Assembly (NCBI RefSeq): GCF_009834535.1 | Contig: NC_045699.1 | Coordinates: 59,024,001 to 59,088,000, forward strand | Direction of reading: 5' to 3' | From: Camelus ferus | Lineage: Eukaryota | DNA length: 64,000 nt | In this document: in pieces, positions 1 through 11,574 of the stretch | Layout: each line of letters begins with the position of its first letter | Numbering within the stretch: position 1 is the first letter of the stretch | The notes under the pieces: model-generated | The model's database searches: none | Told to the model about the DNA's origin: nothing | Seen by the model: only the letters and a program-made list of their open reading frames with translations | Translations under genes and position numbers: made by a program

Positions 1-102
1 TACTCTGGGCAGCACCCACATTTACCCTGGATTGGTTTGGGGGCCCCTGCATCAGGAAGCAGGGTGCCCCGTTTGCCTGACGCTGTGGCTCTCCCCTCGC
101 AG

Positions 103-396
103 GTGGCATCGTTTTGAATCCCTCTTTCTACGGCACTCCTGGGCACACCCACACCATGATCCACGAGATTGGGCACAGCCTGGGCCTCTACCACATCTTC
201 CGAGGCATCTCGGAAATCCAGTCTTGCAGTGACCCCTGCATGGAGACAGAGCCCTCCTTTGAGACTGGAGACCTCTGCAGCGACACCAACCCAGCCCCAA
301 AACACAAGTTCTGCGGCGACCCGGGGCCAGGGAACGACACCTGTGGCTTTAATAGCTTCTTCAACACTCCTTTCAACAACTTCATGAGCTACGCAG
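103..396 (+). CDS. PAPPA: Pappalysin-1 exon (human exon 4 equivalent, 294 nt, phase 1-1), catalytic core
   Basis: Acceptor ctcccctcgcag|G, branch-like CTGAC at 77-81, donor GCAG|GTAAGG. Encodes [35 protein letters not shown]...[11 protein letters not shown]. Confidence 0.98.
162..194 (+). other. PAPPA: Metzincin zinc-binding motif [11 protein letters not shown] (HExxHxxGxxH)
   Basis: Direct translation; three His ligands and the catalytic Glu are intact. Confidence 0.98.
375..392 (+). other. PAPPA: Metzincin Met-turn (NNFMSY)
   Basis: ATG at 384-386 lies 73 codons after the catalytic Glu, matching recalled E563/M636 spacing in human PAPP-A. Confidence 0.9.
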
Positions 397-1214
397 GTAA
401 GGCCCCGCTCTCTGCAGGGTGCTCAGGGCTGGATGTCAGACATGGCCTACACTCCTGGCTCAGAGCACCCTTGAGCGAGCTGCTTGCCTTTTCTAAGATT
501 TCTTCATCCCAGCAATTCCTCATCCCAAATAATCTGGGTAGTATTCCTTCCGTGAGAACCTCAGGGGTATAAGGAAGACATGGCCTCTCGGAGTTCCTCA
601 GAAAGGCACTTTAGGAAGCTGACCAGGACTGAAAGGCAGGAAACCTGGGGAGAAGTCCTTGCTCTGCTGCAAGGTCACCTAATGCCTTTGGGTCTGTCAC
701 ATCCCCTCTCTGGGTCCCACTTTTCTTAAGAAAATGGAATCTTTGGAATTGATCTCCCAAGTTTCCTTCTTATTTTGCAGCTATATTTTTCTAAGCTGGT
801 GGTGATAGAAACTTTTTTTTTTTTGAAACGCAAAACTCTCACATGCTCCTTTACTGTTTTACTACAGAAAAAAAACAATAGCATGCTTTTGGTTTTGCAA
901 ATATGTAATTATTACATGAGATACGTTTTTTTTCCCTAACTGCATATATCCTTTCAAAACCCTTTTTTATACCAATAGTAACAGTGTTAAGGACTCATTC
1001 TTTGGGTTCTAGGATGCTCTATGCTTCCTTTGAGCATATATCAAGGCCACTCTAGCCCTTATCACATCTTTGGCAAATTAGAACAAGATATCCCTTCCAT
1101 AGGGCAGTCACAGCCCTCACTACTGGCCCTTTAAAGCCAGTAAGGCTTGAATAACACACGATCTACAAAATTGCACGTGGTTGCCCACCATCAAATTCTA
1201 TTACAATATTCAGT

Positions 1215-1335
1215 TCAGGTGTCTCTTCCCCCCCCCCAAGACAAGCGAGTTCTGTGAAGGCAGGGATTGCCTCTAATACATCACTGTATTCTCAGCACCT
1301 GGCACAGGGCGTGATGCTTAATAAATGCTCATGAG
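1215..1335 (+). mobile_element. L2 3-prime end
   Basis: GTGAAGGCAGGGA..CACTGTATTCTCAGCACCTGGCACAG..TTAATAAATG. Confidence 0.75.
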
Positions 1336-2224
1336 GAAGAAAAGGAGGGAGGAAAGGAGGGGGCAGAGCAGGGAGGGAAGAAAATGAATCAGTTCTCCAG
1401 TAACAGGTATATAAAATTGATTCTTATCAGTAACAGTATTTCTACTTGTGTAAAGTTTGTTGTTTGTAAAGAACTTTAATATACACCATCTTATTTAATT
1501 CTCACAGTAAACCTATGGGGTAGGAACTATGCTCATTTCACAGAGGACAAAACAGAGGCTGACTGAAGCCATTGGCCCCAGGTTATAAGTATTGGACTCT
1601 TAAGTATTTTTTTTCCTTTTACTCTTGTGCTGCTCATCAAATGAGACCCAGCCAACGGTTGATGGGGACATTGAGCCATTTGGGTGGATTTCACACTCTC
1701 CCCCACAGAGATGCTGCGGGGGGCTGCCCTGGGTGGTTGTGTGAGTGGGACTCCAGGCTTCCATCTCTGCTTTAATCAGGGGAGCTCCCCCAACCGTTTT
1801 CCATTTCTGGTGGGGTTTTGCCTCAGTTGCACTGGGAGAGAGGCTTTCCCTCCTGAAACCCAGTAAACTGGATGATCACCAAAGGATCTTCCTGGTTTCC
1901 CATTTGGGCTGATGACCTCTGGGGCCTCTCCCATTTAGGGTTCATACAACTTACACCTGAGGTCTCTTGAAAGGTAAGGTCCGTACCCACCCTTGGCACT
2001 GTAAATAGCGCTTAGATTTAGGTCCCTAAAAAAGACCTGAGTGCTGGGTATTTCCTCAAAAGCAGATTCCCACTGGGCTCCCACCCCCAGCCAAGCCTAC
2101 ATCCCACATCCGGTGCCCGGTCCCCTCACAGAGCCGTGCTTACGTTCCATTTCTATAGCACCTTTCCTTGGCCAGCTCGACGCACATGGAAAATAAACAG
2201 TAACATGAGTTTGGAAGTTTGCCG

Positions 2225-2447
2225 NNNNNNNNNNNNNNNNNNNNNNNNNNNNNNNNNNNNNNNNNNNNNNNNNNNNNNNNNNNNNNNNNNNNNNNNNNNN
2301 NNNNNNNNNNNNNNNNNNNNNNNNNNNNNNNNNNNNNNNNNNNNNNNNNNNNNNNNNNNNNNNNNNNNNNNNNNNNNNNNNNNNNNNNNNNNNNNNNNNN
2401 NNNNNNNNNNNNNNNNNNNNNNNNNNNNNNNNNNNNNNNNNNNNNNN
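2225..2447. other. Assembly gap (223 N)
   Basis: Run of N. Confidence 1.
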
Positions 2448-2644
2448 TTGAAATGTTTGTTTTCCTTAGGATCTCTGATAGATGAGGTGACAAAAGCAGC
2501 TGGATGAAATTCAAAATGCAGAGCAGGATCAGGTTCTCAGGGCTGGGAGAGAGATGCACAGGGGTCTGCAATCAAGGCAAGGGGGCGGGGCCTTGCCGGG
2601 TCAGCTGCTTCGAGCGCCTTCCGTCCTGGGCGCTCCGACTTCCT

Positions 2645-2800
2645 GCAAAGGTGGACGTGTTCTGCGTCTCTGCCGCCCAGTAGGGTAGCCATTAGCCTCT
2701 TGTGGCCACTGAGCCCTTGAAACGCGGCGAGTGAGACCGAGGAACTGAACTGTGAGTCTTACGCAGTTTTTAATGAATTGAACGTGGCTGGAGGCAGGAC
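2645..2800 (+). mobile_element. MER3 partial copy, unusually GC/CpG-rich
   Basis: GGTAGCCATTAGCC..GAGGAACTGAA shared with the 10757 copy. Confidence 0.75.
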
Positions 2801-2804
2801 TGCA

Positions 2805-2985
2805 GTAATTGTTGAATGCCTAGGATGTGCCGGACTCTGGGGGAAACACCTCCTAGGCTTGTCTCACTGAATCCTCAGAATAACCTAAGGAGGTAAGTGC
2901 TGTTACTGCCGTGCCCATTTTATAGATGGAGGAAGTGTGGCTTAGGGAGCTTCAGTAACTCTTCCAGGGTCACACAGCAAAAAAC
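2805..2985 (-). mobile_element. MIR
   Basis: AATCCTCAGAATAACC..CCCATTTTATAGATGGAGGAAG..GGGTCACACAGC. Confidence 0.8.
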
Positions 2986-3644
2986 AAGGCAGGCCTTTTA
3001 CTGCGGCGCCTATGTGTTAAGCAGTAATTGTTTGGCTCTATTCCTGATACTGGGGAAGTTTGAGACAGTCCCAGGCACTCAGATAAGCAGACACCAAGCA
3101 GGTGCTGGGGGCAGGCCTCCCGGAGAACCAGGCACGTGTGGTCACGTTGAGCTGTTGGATGTTCCCCGGGCAGGCGGAAAGGCAGCAGCTCAGATTCTGC
3201 TTCCTGAAGAGACTCGGCCACGGGGAGCACACCAGGAGGACGCTCCGGTCCTGGCCTCCTCAAGAGTGTGTAAACCAGGCCTGCCCTAGCCTACGGGGGC
3301 AAGTGTCTTGTCACCATCATTCTGTGTGTCCCTTCTAATAGGCACGTAGGCTTGACCCAGCAGTCCTGCCTTGAAGGAATATGTCCTAAGGGAAAAAATT
3401 CTCAGTGGCTGAGTTTAAAGATTTACTCAGTGTTTTTAGCAATTCTCCAAATATTAATCGGGCATTTACTACCTGCCAGGCAGAGTGGGGAAAAATGCTT
3501 GTATGTGAAAAATTAGAAACTTCCTGCAGGTCTGAAGAGAGTGGGTTGCTGAAGTGAATCTCAAGGCACCCATGTGACAGGACATTATGTGGTCACAGAG
3601 GATGACGTAGTAGACGGTAGAGGGGCACAAACGGAGAGCAGCAG

Positions 3645-3870
3645 AGTAGCACGGTGGCTCAGTGCATGAAGTTTGGAGTGTGGGGACCAGCTTGAATCCT
3701 CTGCGTGCTTTGACCTTGGGCAAGTCACTTTTCTCTGTTACTTCATCGATACTCGAAGGATAATCACACGTACCTTGCATGATGGTAGGTGAGATCATAC
3801 AGGGGAGGGAATTAGCACTGCCCTTGGTATCTCATGAGTGCTCAATAGATGATAATTAGTAGGATTATTT
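3645..3870 (+). mobile_element. MIR
   Basis: GTAGCACGGTGG..TGACCTTGGGCAAGTCACTT..GTGCTCAATAGATG. Confidence 0.75.
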
Positions 3871-3974
3871 GTTAACTATTTAATGTGAAAACAGCCCAGA
3901 GGCTAATGTATAGTATAGGACCTGGCACATAATATCCTGTATCATCACAAGTGTATATATGATATTTTTGCGAT

Positions 3975-4180
3975 GATAGGAATTATAGAAATTCACCATA
4001 GATATTCACATCCATCCACACATACTTACATACTACATGTTAATTGTATTATCTCTCAGTAATGTTGAGGGTAATGTTTATTTCTTTGTAACATTCTTGG
4101 CACATTCCAAATGTTCTGCAGTGAACATAACCATTTATTACTGTCACTATTATTATCATGATCATTATTTTTAAAACAAC
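3975..4180 (+). mobile_element. L1ME/MC-class 3-prime end fragment
   Basis: ATGTTAATTGTATTATCTCT..GTAATGTTTATTTCTTTG..TTCCAAATGTTCTGCAGTGAACAT. Confidence 0.55.
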
Positions 4181-5099
4181 AGAAGGACAGGGACTTTTAC
4201 CAAGGGCAGCTCAGTTGTTCATGCACTGGAGATGGGTTAGCTTGTGAAATGCTTTCATCAGCTGTGGGAGGCAGGTAGCATCGTGATTCTGTACTTCACA
4301 GTGGGTGGAAGTGAGGCTTCCGGGGTCAGCATTGTGCCCGAGGTTCCACGGGGGGTGGAGGTCCTGAGTTCAGGCCCTGAGCCTCCTCCATGCTCTGTGG
4401 CCTTCCAGCTACAGGTGGAAATGTGTTCTTGAGAACAGAGTGTAGTTAGCCAACTCAGGGCACTGTATCCACCCTGTGGGGACTGGTGCAGGCTCCTGGA
4501 ATACTGAAATCCCCAGTGTCCTTTCTGCTTGGAGACAGAAGAGTAAGATGGGTAGGCTGGTCCTAGAGCCCAGGATCAGGTGGCCACGGATGTCAGGAGG
4601 GGAAGCATGTGGCGGCAGGAAGCCCAGAGGGGCTGCCCAGAGGCATCAGCTAATCGAGGCAGAGTGTCTGTGATAAACAGAAGCCCTCCGGTGCCTCACC
4701 CAAGATCCCGACAGCGGCTCAGTCTCTGGGTGTGCTACCCTGGGAGGGGCGTTTTCCGACTTCAGCTTTTAAAGTTCAGACACAGTTTTGTTCTCCTACC
4801 AGGTTCTGTCTCCTATCCATTTTTTAAACGTTTTTATTGACAGACATGGGAATGGCTAATTTTTAAGTTAGAAAAGGAAACTGCTATTTCTTTGGGAGAA
4901 GAAAAGCAAACAAATCAGAATATAGAGAGGGAAAAAAATGCTGTTTTTCTTCTCCATTTATCTTGATAAGTGCTTTATGAGCTCCAGTTCATTGACTCCT
5001 CACCACAACTCTTGTGTGGTGGGTGCATTTAAATGTGCCCAGTTTATACATGAGGGATGTGAGCTTTAAAGCTGCTTCCTTCTTTTCGAAATGACTGAT

Positions 5100-5315
5100 T
5101 AGAATTCTATTCTATGCGTGTGCCTCAAAGTACACAGTTATCCCCCAATTAATAGACGGATGCGTTATTTCTAATACTTTCACTATATAAGTGATGCTTC
5201 AAAAGACATCCTTGTACATATACTTTTCCTCATGTTTGTTCATGAATATCTATCGATTGAATTCCTAAATGTGATGTTGCTAGATCAAGGAGAATGAATA
5301 TTTTACATTCTTTTT
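5100..5315 (-). mobile_element. L1ME-class fragment, antisense
   Basis: ACATCCTTGTACATATACTTT..AATTCCTAAATGTGATGTTGCTAGATCAAGG. Confidence 0.65.
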
Positions 5316-6502
5316 TTTATCTGCTTCCAGTTTTCCAACACTCCAGACACGTTAGTGCGCACGCACACACGCACACACGCACTTACTCTGAGTCACGAGG
5401 CAGTGAGCGTTTACTGAGCATTTAGCAGCACTCTTGGTGCTGCACTCTGTGTAACCCTCAGCGGCGTTCTGACATCAGCAACCTGGTTATCGTCATCATC
5501 ATCTCCACTTCACAGCCGGGGAAGCTGAGGCACCGTGGGCATAAGATCACTTGCCCGGTTGACTCCAAATTCCTCATGCATGTATCTACGTATATAGCCC
5601 CTAACTTCCTTAGCTTAGCCGTCATGCCCTCCGCCTTCCTCTAACCTACTCAGTGACTTTTCCAAAGTTTTCGGGATGAAGTACAAAGTTCACGGTCACA
5701 AAGAAGAATGTCCCCGACCATCCAGTTCTTCTTAAACATTTGAGTACCTTCGGACGCTATTCTTCAGGCAGTGGGGTCGCATAGGATGTTTGGTATGCAG
5801 GGAGTTACATACGGGCTTGAGAGACATTTGGTCACTCTGGTCAGAGTGTTTGCTACAGGACAGCGGGCTCTTCTGCTTCCTCCAAGTGTATGGAAGACCT
5901 CCCCAGGGTGCTGGAAAGAGACTGTCAGAAATTGTGAAGGGGACCAGAGGCAGCTTCTGTGCACAGCCTCCTCACACCCCTGTCCATTCCCCAATCGGGA
6001 TTCTCAAGGTCATGTCCAACTGCCCAGCACCTGCCCAAACTTATTTTCTGTTTGTTTGATGAAGGGGAGTGAGTTTATGCTGCAGGATTCCCAGTGGCGG
6101 GTTTATTTTAAGATCTGGCGAGCCCCGTGCTCCTCCGTCTGGGGTCCAGCTGCGGAAACCCTGACCAGGCAGACACCTCTGGGAAGTGGTGTTTTTGGAA
6201 ACCAAGCCAAAACAGTGCCTCGCTCTGCCCCTGGGGCAGCTGAATGGGGCTGCTGGAGGGAAGGACGGAGGCAAACATCTTCCTTGAGGGGCGAGTCTCG
6301 GGTCATGGCCTTCATTGCGCATCCTTGAAGGGAGAGAGTAGATTGAAGGTCGTTAGATCGAAAGACATTAAGAGATTGTATTCCAGCCCGCCTTCCCCCA
6401 CAGGCTCAGACTAAACTCCCATTTATCAAGCACCTGCAAGATACTTTGCCCACAATTTTTTCTTCTGTGCACTCAGAAAGAAGTTCTCATATTGATTCAA
6501 AA

Positions 6503-6712
6503 TGTGGCCTTGGAGTCAAGACTGCCTGGGTTCGAATCTCAGATCTGCCCCCCAGCTCTGTCATCTCTGAAAAGTAGCTTGACCTCTCTCAGCTTCAGTG
6601 TCCTCCTCTGTAAAATGGAGGAATAGTATTTTCTCCAGAATAGTAGGAGAGTTCTGTGTGTCCGCAGCACAGTGTACCATGCCTGGCTGGTACTGGGCAC
6701 ACAGTAAATGTC
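6503..6712 (+). mobile_element. MIR
   Basis: GGAGTCAAGACTGCCTGGGTTCGAATC..CTGTAAAATGGAG. Confidence 0.85.
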
Positions 6713-7670
6713 CCAGTGACAGCACCACACGCAGAAGGTGTCACTGTCCTGTATCCCCGCCATGGACACTGAGCCTGGACCACGTCTGAGCCTGTATGAC
6801 GCTCTGGCCTGTGCTCACTACGTAGGACACCACGCCTCTGTGGGCCTGAACTCCCTCTCCCGCAGCCCCTCCACTTTCTTTCCCAGTCTTAGCCATGCAG
6901 CCTAGTGGACCTCAAGTACCTCCTTCTTCAGAAGCCTCGTGGGTTCACCGGACTCCCCCAGTGTGCTGTCTCCTCTCCATCAGTGGTCAGCGTCGCAGAC
7001 TTGAGCAGCCTTGTAACCACCTTGACCCATACAATAAACTGGTCTTCACCCTATAACTTGACTGGCAGCTCCTCAGCACAAGAATATTTTATGTTTCCAT
7101 GACCCTTGGCTCAGAGCAGAGAATATGTAATTGATGCTCAGAAGGTTTGTTGGAAGGAAAATATCTCTGCATCAGTAAATAGCAGACTTAGTGAGTGAGC
7201 GGTTGAACAAACCTGAGGGCATGAGCAAAGGAACAAGTGAGTGTGTAAAGGAGCGAGCAAATGAGTGAGTGAGTGAACAAAATGAGTGAAGGAATGAGAG
7301 GTACTAAATGAGAGGGGAGGGAGAGAAGGGGTAAGGGTGACTTGCTGACCAGTGGCTTGGGGACCCGTGAAAGCACCTTGTCTTGCCCTTGTCCTTAGCC
7401 ATGACCTCTGGGCCGCTCCCTCTCCAGGCTCAGACATGCCTTTTCAGTTCCATCCACCCTCCCCTTCCTCCTGTTCCCTCTCACCTGTCTCCAGAAGTGA
7501 TGACTGCACTAATTTGTTCACAGACCATTAACTCTTGAGCACTGGAAGAGGCCAGCTCTGAGTTGGCAAGAGCCGGGGTGCTGGCTCTCCGGCCACCAGG
7601 AGACGTCATCATTCTCTCGCCTGCCCGCCTGTGCAGCGAGGTTCTTATCTTTCCCTCTGCCCACTTGCAG

Positions 7671-7863
7671 ATGACGACTGCACGGACTCCTTCACGCCCA
7701 ATCAAGTCGCCAGAATGCACTGTTACCTGGACCTGGTGTACCAGAGCTGGCAGCCCTCCAGGAAGCCGGCGCCTGTCGCCCTCGCCCCCCAGGTCATGGG
7801 CCACACGACCGACTCCGTGACGCTGGAGTGGTTCCCGCCCATCGATGGCCACTTCTTTGAAAG
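7671..7863 (+). CDS. PAPPA: Pappalysin-1 exon (exon 5 equivalent, 193 nt, phase 1-2)
   Basis: Acceptor ctctgcccacttgcag|A, donor AAG|GTGAGT. Encodes [65 protein letters not shown]. Confidence 0.98.
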
Positions 7864-7892
7864 GTGAGTATGGCCTGTGAAGTGTCGATCCT

Positions 7893-7914
7893 TCTCTCTC
7901 TCTCTCTCTCTCTC
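7893..7914 (+). repeat. (TC)11 microsatellite
   Basis: Perfect dinucleotide run starting 30 nt after the exon 5 donor. Confidence 0.95.
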
Positions 7915-8809
7915 CTGTCAGAAGAGGCAGACTTGGAAGGGAAGCAGCCTCGGAAGAGGGATTTCAGTGTGTTTTTGGTTCTTGATCTTATTTAATGAGT
8001 GCCTGCAACGTTTAGTACAGCGACTGGTCCATGTGGGCATGTTGTAGAGTTGGGGGGTCAGGGAATGAGTGATTGCTAATAGAAATCAGCAAGTAATGGT
8101 GCATATTTTAAGTGAGTGGATGTTTGGCTTCATTATTAAAAACATTGAAACCTCTCTTGCATTAACCTCCCCTGGGATGGAGGTACTGGCCTCACCTCCA
8201 TGAACGCGAGAGTTGAAATTGCCTCTGGTTAATGGGCAAACACCTTCGTATGCATGTTGTATATGAAGGGTGCCTTACACACGAGCTTGTACATATGTGT
8301 GCATTATACGCATGCACATATATATTTGTACAATTAGAATCTTTGCCTGTGCCTAGTGTTGCTTTATAGAACTGAAGGTAGAATGTTTAGAAGATCAGGG
8401 GATGATAAACTGAGGCTCGAGATGCCTCAGTTCAGCTCCCGGGTCTATCACTTACTAGCAGTGAATCGCTTTCCCTCCCAGTCTTATTCTCTGCCGCTGA
8501 AAAGTGGGTCTAATGATGCCTCAGTGGCTGGAAGGTGGAGACCTGAATCAAGCAGTTTCCTGGGGTGCCTTTCAGCATTGGGAGCCCCTAAGGAGCTCAG
8601 GCTTTAGGGAGTTGTAAAGGGTTATGAGAGCATGCTAAGATGTTGACATCTATTTTGGATGGAACTTGGCTATGATTTCAGGCGGATTAGTATATTGCCC
8701 TCTCCCCCCAGCCCTTCTTGGGGATGTCTTATCTGGTAACAATGGTACACAATGTTAATGATGGTGGAAATAATAACCAGCTCATAATTAATGAATATTA
8801 TTCTATGGT

Positions 8810-9030
8810 TGTGGTTGCCGGTGTTTATCAAGTGCTTACCCTGCACCCAATTCTGCACTAAATGCTTTGCAGACAGAGTCTCATTTCATCTTTCTAGTAA
8901 TTTTATAAAAGGACCAGCTTCTTCATTTGCCAGGTGAGTCAGGGATTGGAGCTCAAAGAGGCGAAGAGATCTGACCAAGAGCCCATGGAAGGTGATAGGG
9001 CTGGGCTTCAACTCACACCTTGCAGTGTCT
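8810..9030 (-). mobile_element. MIR (hosts a candidate cryptic exon)
   Basis: AAGTGCTTAC..CTAAATGCTTTGCA..CTCATTTCATC..CATTTGCCAGGTGAG. Confidence 0.65.
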
Positions 9031-10756
9031 TATCCCAGGCTCTCCTGTCTTTCATTAAGTCCCTCCAAAACTCGAATTACGGAAGAGGTGTTACCCCTCC
9101 TCTCAACAAGGCCACAGAAAGTGGTGGGGAGCTCTCATTTACAAGCAGAAGTGTGCGTATGTGTGCAAAAACTATATTAGATCATGGCACCACACTAAAT
9201 TTGGGCTCCAGTTTTCCACACTGCTATCAGTGCCTGAATATAGGACCTTCCTTTGACAGCTGGGTGAATGTGAAAAGAAATGCACTCCGTAGGCCCTCTG
9301 TAGACACCTGCCTTCCTCTGCCCCAGCCGTCCTCACTGGGGCTCGGAGCTGGGTTTGGGAAACCTCATGTGACACTTCAGAGCAGCCTTTCCAGCAACCC
9401 ATACATTTATTTATTTTTTCTGTGTCAATGAGGAGTATCAGACTTTTGGTCAAGCCTTGGCCTTGATTCCACTTAAAAATGGAAGTTTTGTAAATGAAGG
9501 TTCCTGTGTATGTATTCAATTTGCATTTCATAAAGCAGTTATTGTCCATTAAATAAATACCATCTGATTGTTGGAAACCCATTGGAGGGTTAATTGTTGT
9601 GTAATGAGATATGTCTCTATTACACAGAGCCCTCAGCTTCGATCAATATGTTTTTAATAACCTATAGTCAGTTGGTGCTTGAGGCTCATACAATAGCTAT
9701 TCTGTTCATTCTAAGATTTCATAACAGAGTTATCATATGTTAAATTAAAACTGACATTTTAGAAACATGTAATGAGGGTTAACAGCTAGGTAGACCATAG
9801 TCTATGGCTAAAGGAAGTAGGTCACCAAGTTCAATAAATTGTTGTAAAGAAATGGAACTGTCACTCTCCCAGGCACACAGAGTTCATGCTGGAAATTGGC
9901 TTAGTACAAAATGCACAAGCTTTGATGTTGGGTTGTCTGTGTTCCCTTCTCAGTTTCACCACTCCCAGCCTATGGGACCCTGGGCAAGTCATCTCACCTC
10001 TTTGATCCTCTCTGACCCTCTGAGTCTTCTTCCATAAAAGGTGCTAACCATGCCCGCTTCACTTGGATTCTGTGGGGAATTCAACAAGATGATTTCTGTG
10101 ATGTGCCTAGCACACATACTCTATGTTCAAGAAATAGTAGCTCCCATCTTGTACAAAGTTGTCCAGAGCTTTTGAGCTACTTGAAAATTCTCTTTACCTG
10201 CAAAGTCTCCGGTGTTTTCCACTACATCCATCAATGCCAACCTCTCGCCCCTGGCCATCCTCATGTCCTCCTGCTGTTCCTCACATCTGTGGTCTAAGAG
10301 AATACAAGGGTTTTCCTTAAAAAAACATATTCAGATACTCCCACAGCCTGTGTCCGAACACATGGGCAACTGAATAAATAATTCAAGGCCACCTTGGGCT
10401 TTTTTAACTCCTTTATTTTTATCTGTCTTGCAAACATATGTTGACTAGATGGTTTCAGTTTTCTGAACAATGGACTGTGGTGTATTGGAAAGAACACTGG
10501 ACAGGGAACCAGGAGACCTGGGTCTGAGATCCTTGCAGCCTCATCCATTCCCTCTTCCTCTTCCGCCTCAGTTTTCTGATCTGTAAGCTAAAGGGAACCT
10601 AGCCTTTCTCAACTAGGTTCCTTTTCCAAATCTTAGAACACAGAAAATGACTTGAGTAACTATTTGCTCAATTCTCATAAGGATGGTACATAATTGGTAC
10701 CATTCTAGGTGCATAGGAGAGAGGCTAGTTCACTATATACAGTAGATGCCTTAGAG

Positions 10757-10967
10757 AAGAGCTGTCCAATAGGACTCTCTGCAATCATGGAAATGGTCTG
10801 TACCTGCACTGTCCAATATGGTAGCCATTAGCCAACCAACTGTGGCTATGGAACAGTTGAAATGTGACAAGTATAACTGAGGAACTGAAATGAATTCTAC
10901 ATTTACTGAATTTTAATTAAATTTAAATAGCCACATGTGATGGGGGCTGCTGTATCGGACAGACTAG
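10757..10967 (+). mobile_element. MER3 (hAT-Charlie MITE), near full length
   Basis: GCTGTCCAATAG...TATCGGACAGACTAG terminal inverted repeats; degraded 8-bp TSD CCTTAGAG / ACTTGGAG (6 of 8). Confidence 0.88.
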
Positions 10968-11574
10968 ACTTGGAGCTCTAAGCTTTGATTCTCATGGAAC
11001 CTGGGTAAGAAAGACAATCTCTTCCAGTGTTAGCATCCTGTACTTCCATAATTTCAGCCTGTATATACGTGTGTGTCTGTGTGTCTGTGTTATGTTATGG
11101 AAAGCAGAACTCCTGGATTTTAAAAACTCAGAGGATTTATGGTTTCTTTGTACAACAATAAGGTAGAAGAATGGAAACCTGCCAATAGGTCAAGGGTGAT
11201 GTTCCTGAAAGTTGTAAAAACAAGTTTTGAAAATGCAGCATGAGGTCACCACTTCTTGTTAGAAGCACAAGGCAAAATCCTCCAGAGTGCCAGTTCTGAG
11301 ATTGTAAAGACCATCTTGATTCTATCTTCAGGATCTACCGCAGAGGTTTGAAGCACAGTATTATGCAGTCTCTCAATGCGTAGGATACAGCCTGATTTTG
11401 GTAAAGCCTGTATTGACTCAGTGCCTCTCTGAGCCATGACCTTGACACAATTACTTTGTACTCGTTATCCTCAGTTTCCTTACCTATAAAATGGGAACAT
11501 CACCGACCATACTCAGAACCACACCATTGCTTTTTAGTTACTGACTTTGCTTTTGCTTTTGGCCTTCTTTTCCC

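Noticed and set aside
397-572. ORF 114-572 continuing 58 codons past exon 4
   Set aside because: A strong donor at 396/397 ends the PAPPA match; the extension is intron read-through with no recognisable similarity.
2136-2571. ORFs spanning the N gaps (also near 34.8 kb and 53.8 kb)
   Set aside because: Artefacts, since N codons contain no stops.
5355-5382. 28-bp alternating purine-pyrimidine tract (possible Z-DNA)
   Set aside because: An interrupted (CA)n microsatellite; short and common.
5771-6328. 185-aa intronic ORF
   Set aside because: GTG start, no recognisable domain or splice context; this length is plausible by chance in GC-richer intron sequence.
7481-7852. Minus-strand ORFs overlapping exon 5 (and 21734-22027 over exon 7)
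   Set aside because: Antisense shadows of GC-rich coding exons.
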